This document shows, one piece after another, positions 1 through 9,073 of a DNA stretch of 64,000 nucleotides. Each line of letters opens with the position of its first letter. Position 1 is the first letter of the stretch. The translations under genes were made by a program, and so were the position numbers. A model generated the notes under the pieces. That model was not told where the DNA came from. It saw nothing but the letters and a program-made list of their open reading frames with translations, and made no database searches. This stretch comes from Telluria sp. (GTDB lineage Bacteria; Pseudomonadota; Gammaproteobacteria; Burkholderiales; Burkholderiaceae_D), in contig DASWMN010000003.1 in assembly GCA_036399735.1 (NCBI GenBank), forward strand, positions 11,399 to 75,398, written 5' to 3'.

Positions 1-977
1 TGCAGGATGCGCTCAAGGCGCAGCCAGGCAAGCCGATCCAGATCAAGGTCTACGGCACCATTGACATGACCGGCGGCGTACCGTTCAAGAGCGTGGACGA
101 CCAGGCCGCACGCGGACGCATCAGCCTGCCATCGAACAGCACCCTGATTGGCATTGGCAGCGACGCGCGCATCGTCAACGGCGAAATCCAGATCAAGAGC
201 GTTGACAACGTGGTGGTGCGTAACCTGACCCTGGCGGCCCCTTGCGATATTTCGCCAGTGTGGGATCCGAACGACGGCAGCGCCGGCAACTGGAATTCAC
301 GTTACGACGGCATCCTGGTGCAAGGTTCGACCCACGTCTGGATCGACCACAATACCTTCACCGATGCGCCTGTCACCGACGACAAGCTGCCAACCCAGAA
401 TGGCAAGCTCAAGCAATGCCACGACGGCGCGCTCGACATCAAAACCGCGTCCGACTACGTGACGGTGTCCAACAACGTGTTCGCGCTGCATGAGAAAAAC
501 AACCTGATCGGTTCGTCGGACAGCACCACCAGCGATGATGGCCACCTGAAGATCACCTTCCACGGCAACCATTTCCTGAACGTGGCAGAGCGTGCGCCGC
601 GCGTGCGTTTTGGCCAGGTGCACCTGTACAACAACTACCACCAGGCCAGCCGCAGCGCCGCCGTCTACAAGCACCAGTACAGCGTGGGCGTGGGCTACAA
701 GGCGAAAATCCTGTCGCAGCACAATGTGTATGACATCACCGGCGCCAGCGCGTGCAGCCAGGTCGTGAAAAACCCGGGTTCGAGCAGCAAGACCGGCGCC
801 ATCATCGACACCGGCTCCCTGCTCAATGGCGCAGCGCTGGGCCTGGGTGGTTCGGGCTGCAGTTTCAGCACCAGCATCGGCTGGACGCCACCGTACACGG
901 CAGCCGTCATCGATGCCTCGAAGGTCCGTGAATCGGTGTTGCGCAACGCGGGTGCCGGCAAGCTGACGGTGCGTTAA
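1..977 (+). CDS. Pectate lyase (PL1-type), 5'-truncated by window edge
   Basis: Frame is open from base 3 (QDALKAQPGKPIQIKVYGTIDM). It contains the PL1 motifs vWiDH (HVWIDHNTF), CHDGALDI and ERAPRVRFG. Confidence 0.9.
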   Translation, partial: QDALKAQPGKPIQIKVYGTIDMTGGVPFKSVDDQAARGRISLPSNSTLIGIGSDARIVNGEIQIKSVDNVVVRNLTLAAPCDISPVWDPNDGSAGNWNSRYDGILVQGSTHVWIDHNTFTDAPVTDDKLPTQNGKLKQCHDGALDIKTASDYVTVSNNVFALHEKNNLIGSSDSTTSDDGHLKITFHGNHFLNVAERAPRVRFGQVHLYNNYHQASRSAAVYKHQYSVGVGYKAKILSQHNVYDITGASACSQVVKNPGSSSKTGAIIDTGSLLNGAALGLGGSGCSFSTSIGWTPPYTAAVIDASKVRESVLRNAGAGKLTVR

Positions 978-980
978 GCG

Positions 981-1376
981 CTAATCGGGAAACCGTTCGT
1001 TGTGGACTTCGCCGAGACGCCCGAAGTAACTGAGATGGCGTCCGGCGATCCACACGATATAGCCGACACAGCCTGCCGCGCGCGACAGGCGTAGAAATTC
1101 CGGGTACTTGACCACCCCGCCCTGCGCGCCGCGTATGGCCGCCTGCAAGGCCAGCACGTCGAATGCGGCTGCCACCGGCACGCCTTCACCCGGCAAAGGC
1201 ACACTGCACCAGGTGCCGCCCGCCGTGTAGTAGGTCGTGTCCTCGCGCCGGTAATCGGCGTGATACGACTCCACCCCGGCACGCGCCAGCGTGGCAATTA
1301 CCTCGGGAAAGCTGACAATACCGGCGTGCGAATAGCGCGCACATTGTTCGATTGCCTGCCTGCTTGCTGGTTCCAT
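981..1376 (-). CDS. DUF1398-like small protein
   Basis: 131 aa. The SFPEVIATL..AGVESYHADYRR..TTYY and KYPEF..AAGCVGYIVWI pattern resembles DUF1398. Lies 10 bp downstream of the MarR gene. Confidence 0.75.
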   Translation of the reverse strand: MEPASRQAIEQCARYSHAGIVSFPEVIATLARAGVESYHADYRREDTTYYTAGGTWCSVPLPGEGVPVAAAFDVLALQAAIRGAQGGVVKYPEFLRLSRAAGCVGYIVWIAGRHLSYFGRLGEVHNERFPD

Positions 1377-1386
1377 GACGTTCTCC

Positions 1387-1878
1387 TTATTCTGTCGGCA
1401 CTTGCCGCAGCTGCCGGTCCTGCACGATCTGCTGCATCATCCTGACCAGCGCCAGACGCTGGGCTTGGCTCAGCGAACCAAAACATGCCGCATCGTTGCG
1501 GTCTGCAATATCGGCCAGCACCGGCACCAGCGCCCGCCCGGCCGGCGTGAGCACGAGTGACTGGGCGCGCTTGTCAGCCGCACCGGGCGCGCGTGCAGCC
1601 AATCCCTTTTCCTGCAGCCGCGTGATAATTTTCGACACCGCGCCCTTGGTCATGCCCAGCGCCTGCATCAGGTCGGCCGCACCCGATCGCTCGTGACGGA
1701 ACATTTCTCGCAGGGCCACCCAGTCCGATACCGACACCCCGTGTTGCTCCACCTGGCGCGCAAATTCGCCGGACACGTGGTTGGACACGAAGCGCAGCCA
1801 GAAGCCGAGATGGTCTTCCAGGGCGCTGACGGCGGCAGTTTGATCGGCGTTTTGCATAGGTTTGATTTTAGTTTCCAT
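1387..1878 (-). CDS. MarR family transcriptional regulator
   Basis: wHTH pattern LGMTKGAVSKIITRLQEKGL..R...DKRAQSLVLTPAG. Start uncertain (1878 or 1857). Confidence 0.9.
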   Translation of the reverse strand: METKIKPMQNADQTAAVSALEDHLGFWLRFVSNHVSGEFARQVEQHGVSVSDWVALREMFRHERSGAADLMQALGMTKGAVSKIITRLQEKGLAARAPGAADKRAQSLVLTPAGRALVPVLADIADRNDAACFGSLSQAQRLALVRMMQQIVQDRQLRQVPTE

Positions 1879-1884
1879 GGAAAC
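1871..1884. promoter_or_regulatory. Palindrome GTTTCCATGGAAAC, putative MarR autoregulatory operator
   Basis: Perfect 14-bp palindrome centred on the candidate MarR start codon. Confidence 0.5.
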
Positions 1885-1985
1885 CAATGGCAAGCGGATT
1901 CTGAAATTTGGTGTCGTTATTTCAAAAGCTGCAAGGAAACGCCTCGCATAGAATGATGCATACCTAACATAGAGGCAGAGACGAC

Positions 1986-3689
1986 ATGACCCACCCTTCC
2001 CGCAGTGGCGGCCAGATCCTGGTTGACGCCCTCAAGATCCACGGCGTCGACACCGCCTTCGGCGTGCCTGGCGAGAGCTACCTCGACGTCCTCGACGCCC
2101 TGCACGATTCGGACATCCGTTTCATCATCAACCGCCAGGAAGGCGGGGCCGCCTTCATGGCCGAAGCCTACGGCAAAATGACCGGCAAGCCCGGCATCTG
2201 CTTCGTTACCCGCGGTCCTGGCGCGACCAATGCCTCGATCGGGGTGCACACCGCCTACCAGGATTCGACCCCGATGATCCTGTTCATCGGCCAGGTCGGC
2301 AACGACTTCATGGACCGCGAAGCCTTCCAGGAGATCGACTACCGCCGCATGTTCGGCCAGATGGCCAAATGGGTCACGCAGATCGACCGCGCCGACCGCA
2401 TTCCCGAATACCTCGCGCGCGCCTTCCAGGTCGCCACCAGCGGCCGCCCTGGTCCGGTGGTGCTGGCGCTGCCGGAAGACATGCTGATCGACCAGGCCGC
2501 CGTGGCCGACACCAAGCGCTACACCCCGGTCCAGGCCTCGCCTTCGGCAAGCCAGATCGACACCCTGCGTTCGATGCTGGCCCAGGCCAGGCGCCCGATG
2601 GTGCTGCTGGGCGGCGGCACCTGGAACGCGCAAGCCTGCGCGGACCTGCAACGCTTCGCCGAAGCCAATGCGCTGCCGGTCGGCTGCACTTTCCGCTTCC
2701 AGGATCTGCTCGACAACGCGCACCCCAACTATGTGGGTGACGTTGGCATCGGCATCAATCCGAAACTGGCCGCACGCGTGCGCGACGCCGACCTGCTGAT
2801 CGCCATCGGCCCGCGCCTGGGCGAAATGACCACCGGCGGCTATTCCCTGCTCACTTCCCCGGTGCCGAAGCAGCGCCTGGTGCACTTCCATGCCGATGCG
2901 GAAGAACTGGGCAGCGTGTATCAGGCCGAACTGATGATCAACAGCGGCGCGCCGCAGGCCTGCGCCATGCTCGCCGCAATGACGCCGGTCGATTCGGGCG
3001 CCTGGAAAGCGAGCATCGCCGAAGCGAAGGCAGACCTGGCCGCGTACCAGGAGCAGCCGCCGATCTTCAAGGATGGCAAGGCGCCGCTGGACCTGTGGCA
3101 GGTGGTGCAGGCGCTGATGGCGCAAACGCCGAAGGACACCATCATCACCAACGGCGCCGGCAACTACGCGTCGTGGGCGCACCGCTTCTTCCGCTACGGC
3201 GGCATGCGCACCCAGCTCGCGCCGACCAACGGCGCCATGGGTTACGGCGTGCCGTCCGGGATCGCCGCCAAGATCATCGATCCGGCGCGCACCGTGGTCA
3301 CCTTCGCCGGCGACGGCGAATACATGATGAACGGCCAGGAATTGGCCACTGCCGTGCAGTACAAGGCCGGCGTGATCATCATCGTCTTCAACAACAGCAT
3401 GTTCGGCACCATCCGCATGCACCAGGAGCGCGACTATCCTGGCCGCGTGTCCGGCACCACGCTGCACAATCCGGACTTCGCGGCACTGGCCGTGGCGTAC
3501 GGCGCCCATGGCGAGGTGGTCAACACCACCGCCGAATTCGCCCCGGCCCTGGAACGCGCGCTGGCGCACTCGCGCTCGAAATCGCTGCCAGCGGTAATCG
3601 AACTGCGTTACGACGGCAATCTGATTACGCCGAATGCGACGCTGGAGACGATCCGCAAAACCGCGGAGGCGGCGAAAGCGGCAAAGTAA
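1986..3689 (+). CDS. Thiamine-diphosphate-binding enzyme (acetolactate synthase large-subunit-like)
   Basis: N-terminal FGVPGESY..RQEGGAAFMAEAYGK..GPGATN and the ThDP motif GDGEYMM...NNSMFG. Confidence 0.9.
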   Translation: MTHPSRSGGQILVDALKIHGVDTAFGVPGESYLDVLDALHDSDIRFIINRQEGGAAFMAEAYGKMTGKPGICFVTRGPGATNASIGVHTAYQDSTPMILFIGQVGNDFMDREAFQEIDYRRMFGQMAKWVTQIDRADRIPEYLARAFQVATSGRPGPVVLALPEDMLIDQAAVADTKRYTPVQASPSASQIDTLRSMLAQARRPMVLLGGGTWNAQACADLQRFAEANALPVGCTFRFQDLLDNAHPNYVGDVGIGINPKLAARVRDADLLIAIGPRLGEMTTGGYSLLTSPVPKQRLVHFHADAEELGSVYQAELMINSGAPQACAMLAAMTPVDSGAWKASIAEAKADLAAYQEQPPIFKDGKAPLDLWQVVQALMAQTPKDTIITNGAGNYASWAHRFFRYGGMRTQLAPTNGAMGYGVPSGIAAKIIDPARTVVTFAGDGEYMMNGQELATAVQYKAGVIIIVFNNSMFGTIRMHQERDYPGRVSGTTLHNPDFAALAVAYGAHGEVVNTTAEFAPALERALAHSRSKSLPAVIELRYDGNLITPNATLETIRKTAEAAKAAK

Positions 3690-3700
3690 AAGCTTGCATC

Positions 3701-3730
3701 GAAAGCCGCTCCAGTGAGCGGCTTTCTTTC
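3701..3730 (+). terminator. Rho-independent terminator
   Basis: GAAAGCCGCTC-cagt-GAGCGGCTTTC followed by TTTC, just after the stop at 3689. Confidence 0.8.
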
Positions 3731-3838
3731 ACCGATGCGCGGTGAACACTGCGAGGCGCCATAGCACTGCGCTATGATCGCAGGCGCGATGCGTTGTCCG
3801 ATCGCGACCGGAGGGACGTTCGTTAGGAAAGGGATTTC

Positions 3839-4336
3839 ATGAACAGCAGACGGATTCTCGGCGCGGCCATTCTGTTCTGCGCTGCCACCCCCTGTCATGC
3901 GAAGCCTGCCAAGCCGCGCTGCGCGCCGCCACTTGCACCCGGCGCAATTGCGGTGGCGATCGACACAAAACCTGGCGCGTACACAATCGTCACTCCCATC
4001 CCGGCCACGGTAACGCTTGCAAACCAAAGCGCGGCACCTGTCTTGATTCCCGCGCTCATGGAACCGGAAGATTACTGGCTCCGGTTCGACATCAAAGATA
4101 AGGATGGAAAGTTGATCGCCTATTCGGGTCCCGAGATCAACGCGATGGACCAGCACAGAACCACTTTTCTACTTCCAGGCTATTCCTTCGGCAAAAAATT
4201 CGCCAACGTCGCGGCGCTTTACCCTATCGCGATCCCTGGCCGCTACACGCTACAGGCGGTCTACGGCAAATCGCCCACCCGCGATTGTGACCTGGGCGAG
4301 CATCGTTCCAACATTGTAGAACTCGTCCTTGAATGA
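3839..4336 (+). CDS. Exported hypothetical protein
   Basis: RBS-like GGGA before the ATG, signal-peptide-like N-terminus, beta-rich body. Confidence 0.65.
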   Translation: MNSRRILGAAILFCAATPCHAKPAKPRCAPPLAPGAIAVAIDTKPGAYTIVTPIPATVTLANQSAAPVLIPALMEPEDYWLRFDIKDKDGKLIAYSGPEINAMDQHRTTFLLPGYSFGKKFANVAALYPIAIPGRYTLQAVYGKSPTRDCDLGEHRSNIVELVLE

Positions 4337-4378
4337 GTCTGGCCCGGGTCCCGCCATTTTGATACGGCTGCATCCTCT

Positions 4379-5020
4379 CTAACTATCCCCGAAAACGTCC
4401 AGAATGCTGCGCGCAGGCGCGGTTTGCGCCGCGCTCACCAGGGCCACCGCGAGCGCATCGCGGGCAATGGTGCGTTTCATATCCAGGCGGTGAATCGCCG
4501 GCGTGATCAGGGTATCCGGCGCCGGGCCAACGACATCCACCGCATCGATCAGCCGCGCCGCGCGTGCAATCACATAGTCAAGACCACTTTGCGCCAGTGC
4601 CGCTTCGCGATCGATCACATTCTGCCGCATGCCCCGCTTGAGCAGGTTAAGCAGATGCCACACCCAGGATGGCTGGTCCGGTCCGATCACGGACAACAGA
4701 ACAAACCGGGGCGGCACCGCGCGCTGTGCCGCAGCGCGAATCGCGTTCATGCAGCCGTCGAACATCAGCGTACGCACCTCCTGCCGCGATGCGAAGCGCT
4801 TGTGGATGTCCACCGTGAAGAAGACAGCGTCAAAGTCTCGGTCCAGCGCACGCGCAATCGCCGCCGCGTCCGTCACGTCGGCGGCAAACGGCTCGACAAA
4901 CGCACTGGCCGCTAACGGCCGTCGGGAAATTGCGCGCACATGCTCGCCACGGCTTGCCAACAGGCGGACGATTTCGAGCCCGGTACCACTGCTCGCACCT
5001 ATTACTGCAAATTTTTTCAT
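4379..5020 (-). CDS. NAD(P)H-binding protein (atypical SDR/NmrA-like)
   Basis: MKKFAVIGASSGTG Rossmann motif. Start chosen at 5020. Confidence 0.85.
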   Translation of the reverse strand: MKKFAVIGASSGTGLEIVRLLASRGEHVRAISRRPLAASAFVEPFAADVTDAAAIARALDRDFDAVFFTVDIHKRFASRQEVRTLMFDGCMNAIRAAAQRAVPPRFVLLSVIGPDQPSWVWHLLNLLKRGMRQNVIDREAALAQSGLDYVIARAARLIDAVDVVGPAPDTLITPAIHRLDMKRTIARDALAVALVSAAQTAPARSILDVFGDS

Positions 5021-5051
5021 GATGAATTTCTTATAATGAGAGATCGGTCGT

Positions 5052-5870
5052 TCACGCCACCTTGCGCAGCACCTGCACGACGGCGGCGTGCAGACCACGG
5101 GCGCTGGCGGCGAAGCTCGGGCTGGCGAGCGTCCATGGCGCGCCCTGCCAGTCGCTCACCACACCGCCCGCTTCCCGTACCAGCAGCGCACCGCCGACAA
5201 GGCCCGACAGTACGTTCCCGGTCTGCCAGAAGCAGTCGAGCCGTCCGGTGGCCACATGAACCAGCTGCATGGTTGAAGGCACAGCCGCCTTCACCAGCAA
5301 GGCCTGCCTGAGCATGGCGATAATCGCGTTCCCCGTAAGGTCGTGGGTGGCCGCGTCTTCGTCAGGCGTGGCTTGCCCGGTACTGACCATGGCCGCGCCC
5401 AGGTCCTGTTTGGCCGAGGTCTGGATTGGCCGGCCGTTCAGGAATGCACCGCCGCCGCGCAGCGCTGTATAGACGCGATGGGCCAAAGGCTCGTCCACCA
5501 CGGTCAGCACGGCCTCGTTGTCGCGCACCAGCGTGGCGGTCACGCTCCAGTCGCCCATGCCGTGAATGTGGTTGACGTTGCCTTCGACAGGGTCAGCGAC
5601 CCACCACTCACCCGGCGGCAGCGGCCCGGTCGCCTTTTCATCTTCCAGCCAACGCGCCTGCGGGCGAATCGCCAGCAGTTGCTGGCGCAGATGAAGGGCG
5701 GCCGCTTCGTCATTTGCATCGATCATCGCCATCAAAGCGGCCAAGTCCGCGGGTCTGGCATCGGGGTTGAAACGATCGAGGAGGATCCGGGCCGTGTGGT
5801 GGACCGCCTGCACGGTCTGTGCCAGCAGAGCAGCATCGTCAGAATCAGATTGGGAGATTTTCTTGAACAT
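5052..5870 (-). CDS. Inositol monophosphatase-family protein (divergent motifs)
   Basis: WVADPVEGNVNHIHG and LLVREAGGVVSDWQG motifs. Start uncertain (5870, 5900 or 5915). Confidence 0.8.
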   Translation of the reverse strand: MFKKISQSDSDDAALLAQTVQAVHHTARILLDRFNPDARPADLAALMAMIDANDEAAALHLRQQLLAIRPQARWLEDEKATGPLPPGEWWVADPVEGNVNHIHGMGDWSVTATLVRDNEAVLTVVDEPLAHRVYTALRGGGAFLNGRPIQTSAKQDLGAAMVSTGQATPDEDAATHDLTGNAIIAMLRQALLVKAAVPSTMQLVHVATGRLDCFWQTGNVLSGLVGGALLVREAGGVVSDWQGAPWTLASPSFAASARGLHAAVVQVLRKVA

Positions 5871-5936
5871 GTCTTGGCGTTCTGGTTGAGATGTGTTCAT
5901 AATATGAGGAATCACTCACTTTCAAAACTCGCATTC

Positions 5937-6593
5937 ATGCCGACCGCGCCGCGCAAGTCCGCCAATGCCCTCGCCCCTCGTAAACTGCCGCGTCAGGCCC
6001 GTTCTGCGGCCACCGTGCAAGCCATCCTCGAGGCGGCTGCTCACATTCTGGAAGTTGACGGCATGGCCGCTTGCACCACGAATGCGGTGGCGCTGAAGGC
6101 CGGCGTGAGTATTGGCTCGCTGTACCAGTACTTCCCGTCGCGCGACGCGATCACGAAAACGCTGATACTGGAGAAGACAACGGCTCTGCTGGAAGAAGTG
6201 GAGGCGATTTCACTGCAAGACGGTGGGCGCAGCGCGTTGGTGCAGCTGGTGGACGTGGGCATCGCGCAGCAGCTGACCCGCCCGACGCTGGCAAGGATTC
6301 TGGATGTCGAGGAACAGCGCCTCCCCATCGAAGCGGATCTGCGCAGTCACATGATGCGCTTGCATACATTTATGGCGGCGTTGCTGGCACAACCCGATTT
6401 GCCGCCGAGCGCACGTGAGCCTGACGTCGCCGCCGATATCGTGGCAATCATTCGGGGCATGGTGGATGGGGCGGGCGGCCGCGGCGAGCGCGATGTGGCG
6501 GCGCTGCGCAGACGGGTGCAGCGCGCGGTATTCGGTTATCTGGATGCGGAGCCGGCCGTCAGCATGTCGCCCGGCCAGCACATAGCGCCCTGA
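5937..6593 (+). CDS. TetR/AcrR family regulator
   Basis: PRKLPRQARSAATVQAILEAAAHIL...VALKAGVSIGSLYQYF HTH. Divergent from the IMPase/NAD(P)H-binding genes. Confidence 0.92.
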   Translation: MPTAPRKSANALAPRKLPRQARSAATVQAILEAAAHILEVDGMAACTTNAVALKAGVSIGSLYQYFPSRDAITKTLILEKTTALLEEVEAISLQDGGRSALVQLVDVGIAQQLTRPTLARILDVEEQRLPIEADLRSHMMRLHTFMAALLAQPDLPPSAREPDVAADIVAIIRGMVDGAGGRGERDVAALRRRVQRAVFGYLDAEPAVSMSPGQHIAP

Positions 6594-6670
6594 TCACACG
6601 CCAGGCGCTGTTTTCTATCCGGGCAAAGATCGCGAAGATCGAGCTCCCCTTGGAAGCGGCTGCCGATCGT

Positions 6671-7174
6671 TTATTTTCCGCTCAGCAGACGCTCTTTTTG
6701 CACTTGAAATTCCGCTTCCGTGAGAAGACCCCTCTTCCGAAGTTCATCAAGTTTGATAAGTTCCGAATAAATATCCTTCCCGTCTTGTGTCCGGGTCACT
6801 CCTGTACCTGGCGGCACAACCCTGTTTTCCACGACAACGTCGGCCCGGGGAATCAATCCACCGCCTGATGCACGCGGGTCGTTCTTGTCGACCAATCGGA
6901 ACTGATATTCAAAACTCGGCATATGACCAGGATAAGCGGGGGCTTCCTTCGCAGCAATCGGAATAGCGATCTTCCCCTTACTTTCGGCAAAGGCGTTTGC
7001 GCGCTGAATGACTTCCGATTTCAGGGAGCTCATCGCCTTGAAAACGCCGCCCGCGGAAGTTTGCGCAATCATGTAGCTGTCGGTGCCGATGGGGACGATT
7101 TCGCTCGTTGCGCAGGCACCGAGGCAGCCCGCGAGAAACAATGCCATTACCGAAAACTTCAAACGCACAGCCAT
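6671..7174 (-). CDS. Lipoprotein with C-terminal SHOCT domain
   Basis: Lipobox-like LGAC. C-terminal ELIKLDELRKRGLLTEAEFQVQKERLL matches the SHOCT pattern. Confidence 0.8.
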   Translation of the reverse strand: MAVRLKFSVMALFLAGCLGACATSEIVPIGTDSYMIAQTSAGGVFKAMSSLKSEVIQRANAFAESKGKIAIPIAAKEAPAYPGHMPSFEYQFRLVDKNDPRASGGGLIPRADVVVENRVVPPGTGVTRTQDGKDIYSELIKLDELRKRGLLTEAEFQVQKERLLSGK

Positions 7175-7320
7175 ACCGATCCCCTTGTCTCACATCGCTT
7201 CAACCGCCAATTGCAGTTGGGAAAGTATATAGGACAAAGTGTCACTAGTCATCGTCTTTGCAAACGAGGGACGCTTTCAGAGGGATGTCTTGGGGCCCCC
7301 GCCTGCGCGAGGACGATGTG

Positions 7321-7755
7321 TCAGCGGCGCGCGGCGCGCTTCAACCAGCGCATCAAGCCGCCCAGTAACGGCAGCTTTTCATACAGCTCCTCCGCCGCAT
7401 CCCAGTAGTCGCGGTGCAGCGTAACCGCACCATCCGGCCCGAACACAATGTGCGTCGCACCCTTGATGCATTGCGGCGTGCGTGAGAAGCGCTTCATCGT
7501 GAACAAAAAATCCCATGTCAGGAACGCCTGCTCGCCTTGCAGCACCGTGCCCGTCACCACAAAGCGCGGCTGGTCGACCTGCTCGAACATGTGCTCGAAG
7601 ATACCGGCAATCGCCGCATGGCCGCGAACATCATTGAACGGATCCTTGAAGCGCGCCTGCGCGCCATACACCGTAGTCAGTTCGCTCCTGAGCAAAGCGG
7701 GACTGAGGTTTTCGAAGAAATGCACCAGCCGTGCCAGCGCCAGGTCGGGTGTCAT
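7321..7755 (-). CDS. NTF2/SnoaL-like protein
   Basis: ARFKDPFNDVRG...HRDYWDAAEELYEKLP pattern. Last gene of the operon, 4-bp overlap with the SDR. Confidence 0.85.
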   Translation of the reverse strand: MTPDLALARLVHFFENLSPALLRSELTTVYGAQARFKDPFNDVRGHAAIAGIFEHMFEQVDQPRFVVTGTVLQGEQAFLTWDFLFTMKRFSRTPQCIKGATHIVFGPDGAVTLHRDYWDAAEELYEKLPLLGGLMRWLKRAARR

Positions 7756-8519
7756 AAGCCCGTCACCTTGTGAATCAACCAGAAGTACAGGCGGTAAGGC
7801 AGCAGCCGCGCGAAACGCAGGCTGTTGGTGAAGCGTTTCGGGAAATGGATATGGAACTGGCCGCCTTCGATCCCTTCCACCATCGCCAGCGCCGCGTCTT
7901 CAGGCTTCATCAAAGCAGGCATCTTGAAGTCATTGCCGGCCGTGAGCGGGGTCTCCACGAAGCCCGGATTGATCTGATACACGGCAATGCCTTTCGGATG
8001 CAGGTCCAGGTACAGCGATTCGGTCAGGTTGATCAGCGCAGCCTTGGTCGGGCCATACACCAGCGCCTTGGGCAGCCCGCCGTAGCCAGCCACCGAAGAA
8101 ACAATGCCGATTCCGCCCGCGCCCTGGCGCAGCAGCACCGGCAGCACCACGTCGAGACAGTTGAATACCCCGCGCAAATTCAGATCGATCATGTTGTTGG
8201 CGGCCGCCAGATCGAAGCTGTCGGCCCGCATTTCGTTGTAGCCTCCGGCGACCACCAGCACCAGATCGATGCCACCCCACTCGGCCATGATCTTGTCGCC
8301 GGCGGCGCCGACGCTGTCGCGGTCCGTCACATCGAGCGGCGCCACCAGCGCGCGCGGCGTGCCGGCCGTGGTGGCCAGCAGCTTGTCGATGCTGCGGGCC
8401 GAGAACGCGACGCGCGCGCCCAGGTCGACCAGCAAATGGGCGCACGCCTGCCCGATGCCGGTCGAGGCACCGATCACCCAGACCCGCTTTCCTGTCCAAT
8501 CGCTGATGCGCGGGTTCAT
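7752..8519 (-). CDS. SDR family oxidoreductase
   Basis: GASTGIG Rossmann motif, YGPTK catalytic YxxxK, NPGFVETP. Confidence 0.92.
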   Translation of the reverse strand: MNPRISDWTGKRVWVIGASTGIGQACAHLLVDLGARVAFSARSIDKLLATTAGTPRALVAPLDVTDRDSVGAAGDKIMAEWGGIDLVLVVAGGYNEMRADSFDLAAANNMIDLNLRGVFNCLDVVLPVLLRQGAGGIGIVSSVAGYGGLPKALVYGPTKAALINLTESLYLDLHPKGIAVYQINPGFVETPLTAGNDFKMPALMKPEDAALAMVEGIEGGQFHIHFPKRFTNSLRFARLLPYRLYFWLIHKVTGL

Positions 8520-9055
8520 TGCGTGGCGCGTTTGGTGAACGACAGCGTCACGCTGCCCAGACTGACGCCGAACTTGCTCATTGCCGTCCGGTTCAGCATC
8601 ACCTTGTCGTCAATCAGGAACATCCAGTCGTCCATGTTGACATTGACGATCTTGCCGTCCACGGGCAGCGCCAGCACATACTGCCAGCGCAGCGAATTGC
8701 CCGACACTGTGCCCTGGGCCGTGCCGACCACGTCATCCGCGGTGGCCGTAAAACGTCCCGCGCCAGTCTTCTTGAGGGTCCAGACACGCTTCTGTTTGGT
8801 GCCGTCGGCGTACACGAAGTCCTCGTCGAGCGTGCCGGTATCGCCCTGCCAGGTGCAGCGCATGACCACCACGAAGCGCTTGACGACTTCCCCGGAGCGG
8901 CCCTGGAACATGCCGTGCGCGTCCAGCGTGCCGTTGAAGTACTGCTCTACCTCGAGCCTTGGCATTTCGTTTGCATACTGTTCCGGCCGTGGCGAGGTGC
9001 ACGCGGCGACCAGCGCCACGGCGGCGCCAACGGCGACAAATTTAAGTAGTTTCAT
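8516..9055 (-). CDS. DUF3833-like lipoprotein
   Basis: Lipobox LVAAC. YFNGTLDAHGMFQ...LDEDFVYADG...MDDWMFL pattern. Confidence 0.8.
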   Translation of the reverse strand: MKLLKFVAVGAAVALVAACTSPRPEQYANEMPRLEVEQYFNGTLDAHGMFQGRSGEVVKRFVVVMRCTWQGDTGTLDEDFVYADGTKQKRVWTLKKTGAGRFTATADDVVGTAQGTVSGNSLRWQYVLALPVDGKIVNVNMDDWMFLIDDKVMLNRTAMSKFGVSLGSVTLSFTKRATQ

Positions 9056-9073
9056 GTTGTTTTTCCTTTTCCT

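Noticed and set aside
1917-3569. Long antisense or alternate-frame ORFs throughout (e.g. 1917-3569, 15408-17225, 33315-34925, 51650-53224)
   Set aside because: They overlap well-supported genes and are expected from stop-codon scarcity at high GC.
7223-7240. Third LitR-type operator (TAGGACAAA)
   Set aside because: Only one half-site matches, and it lies at the operon end.
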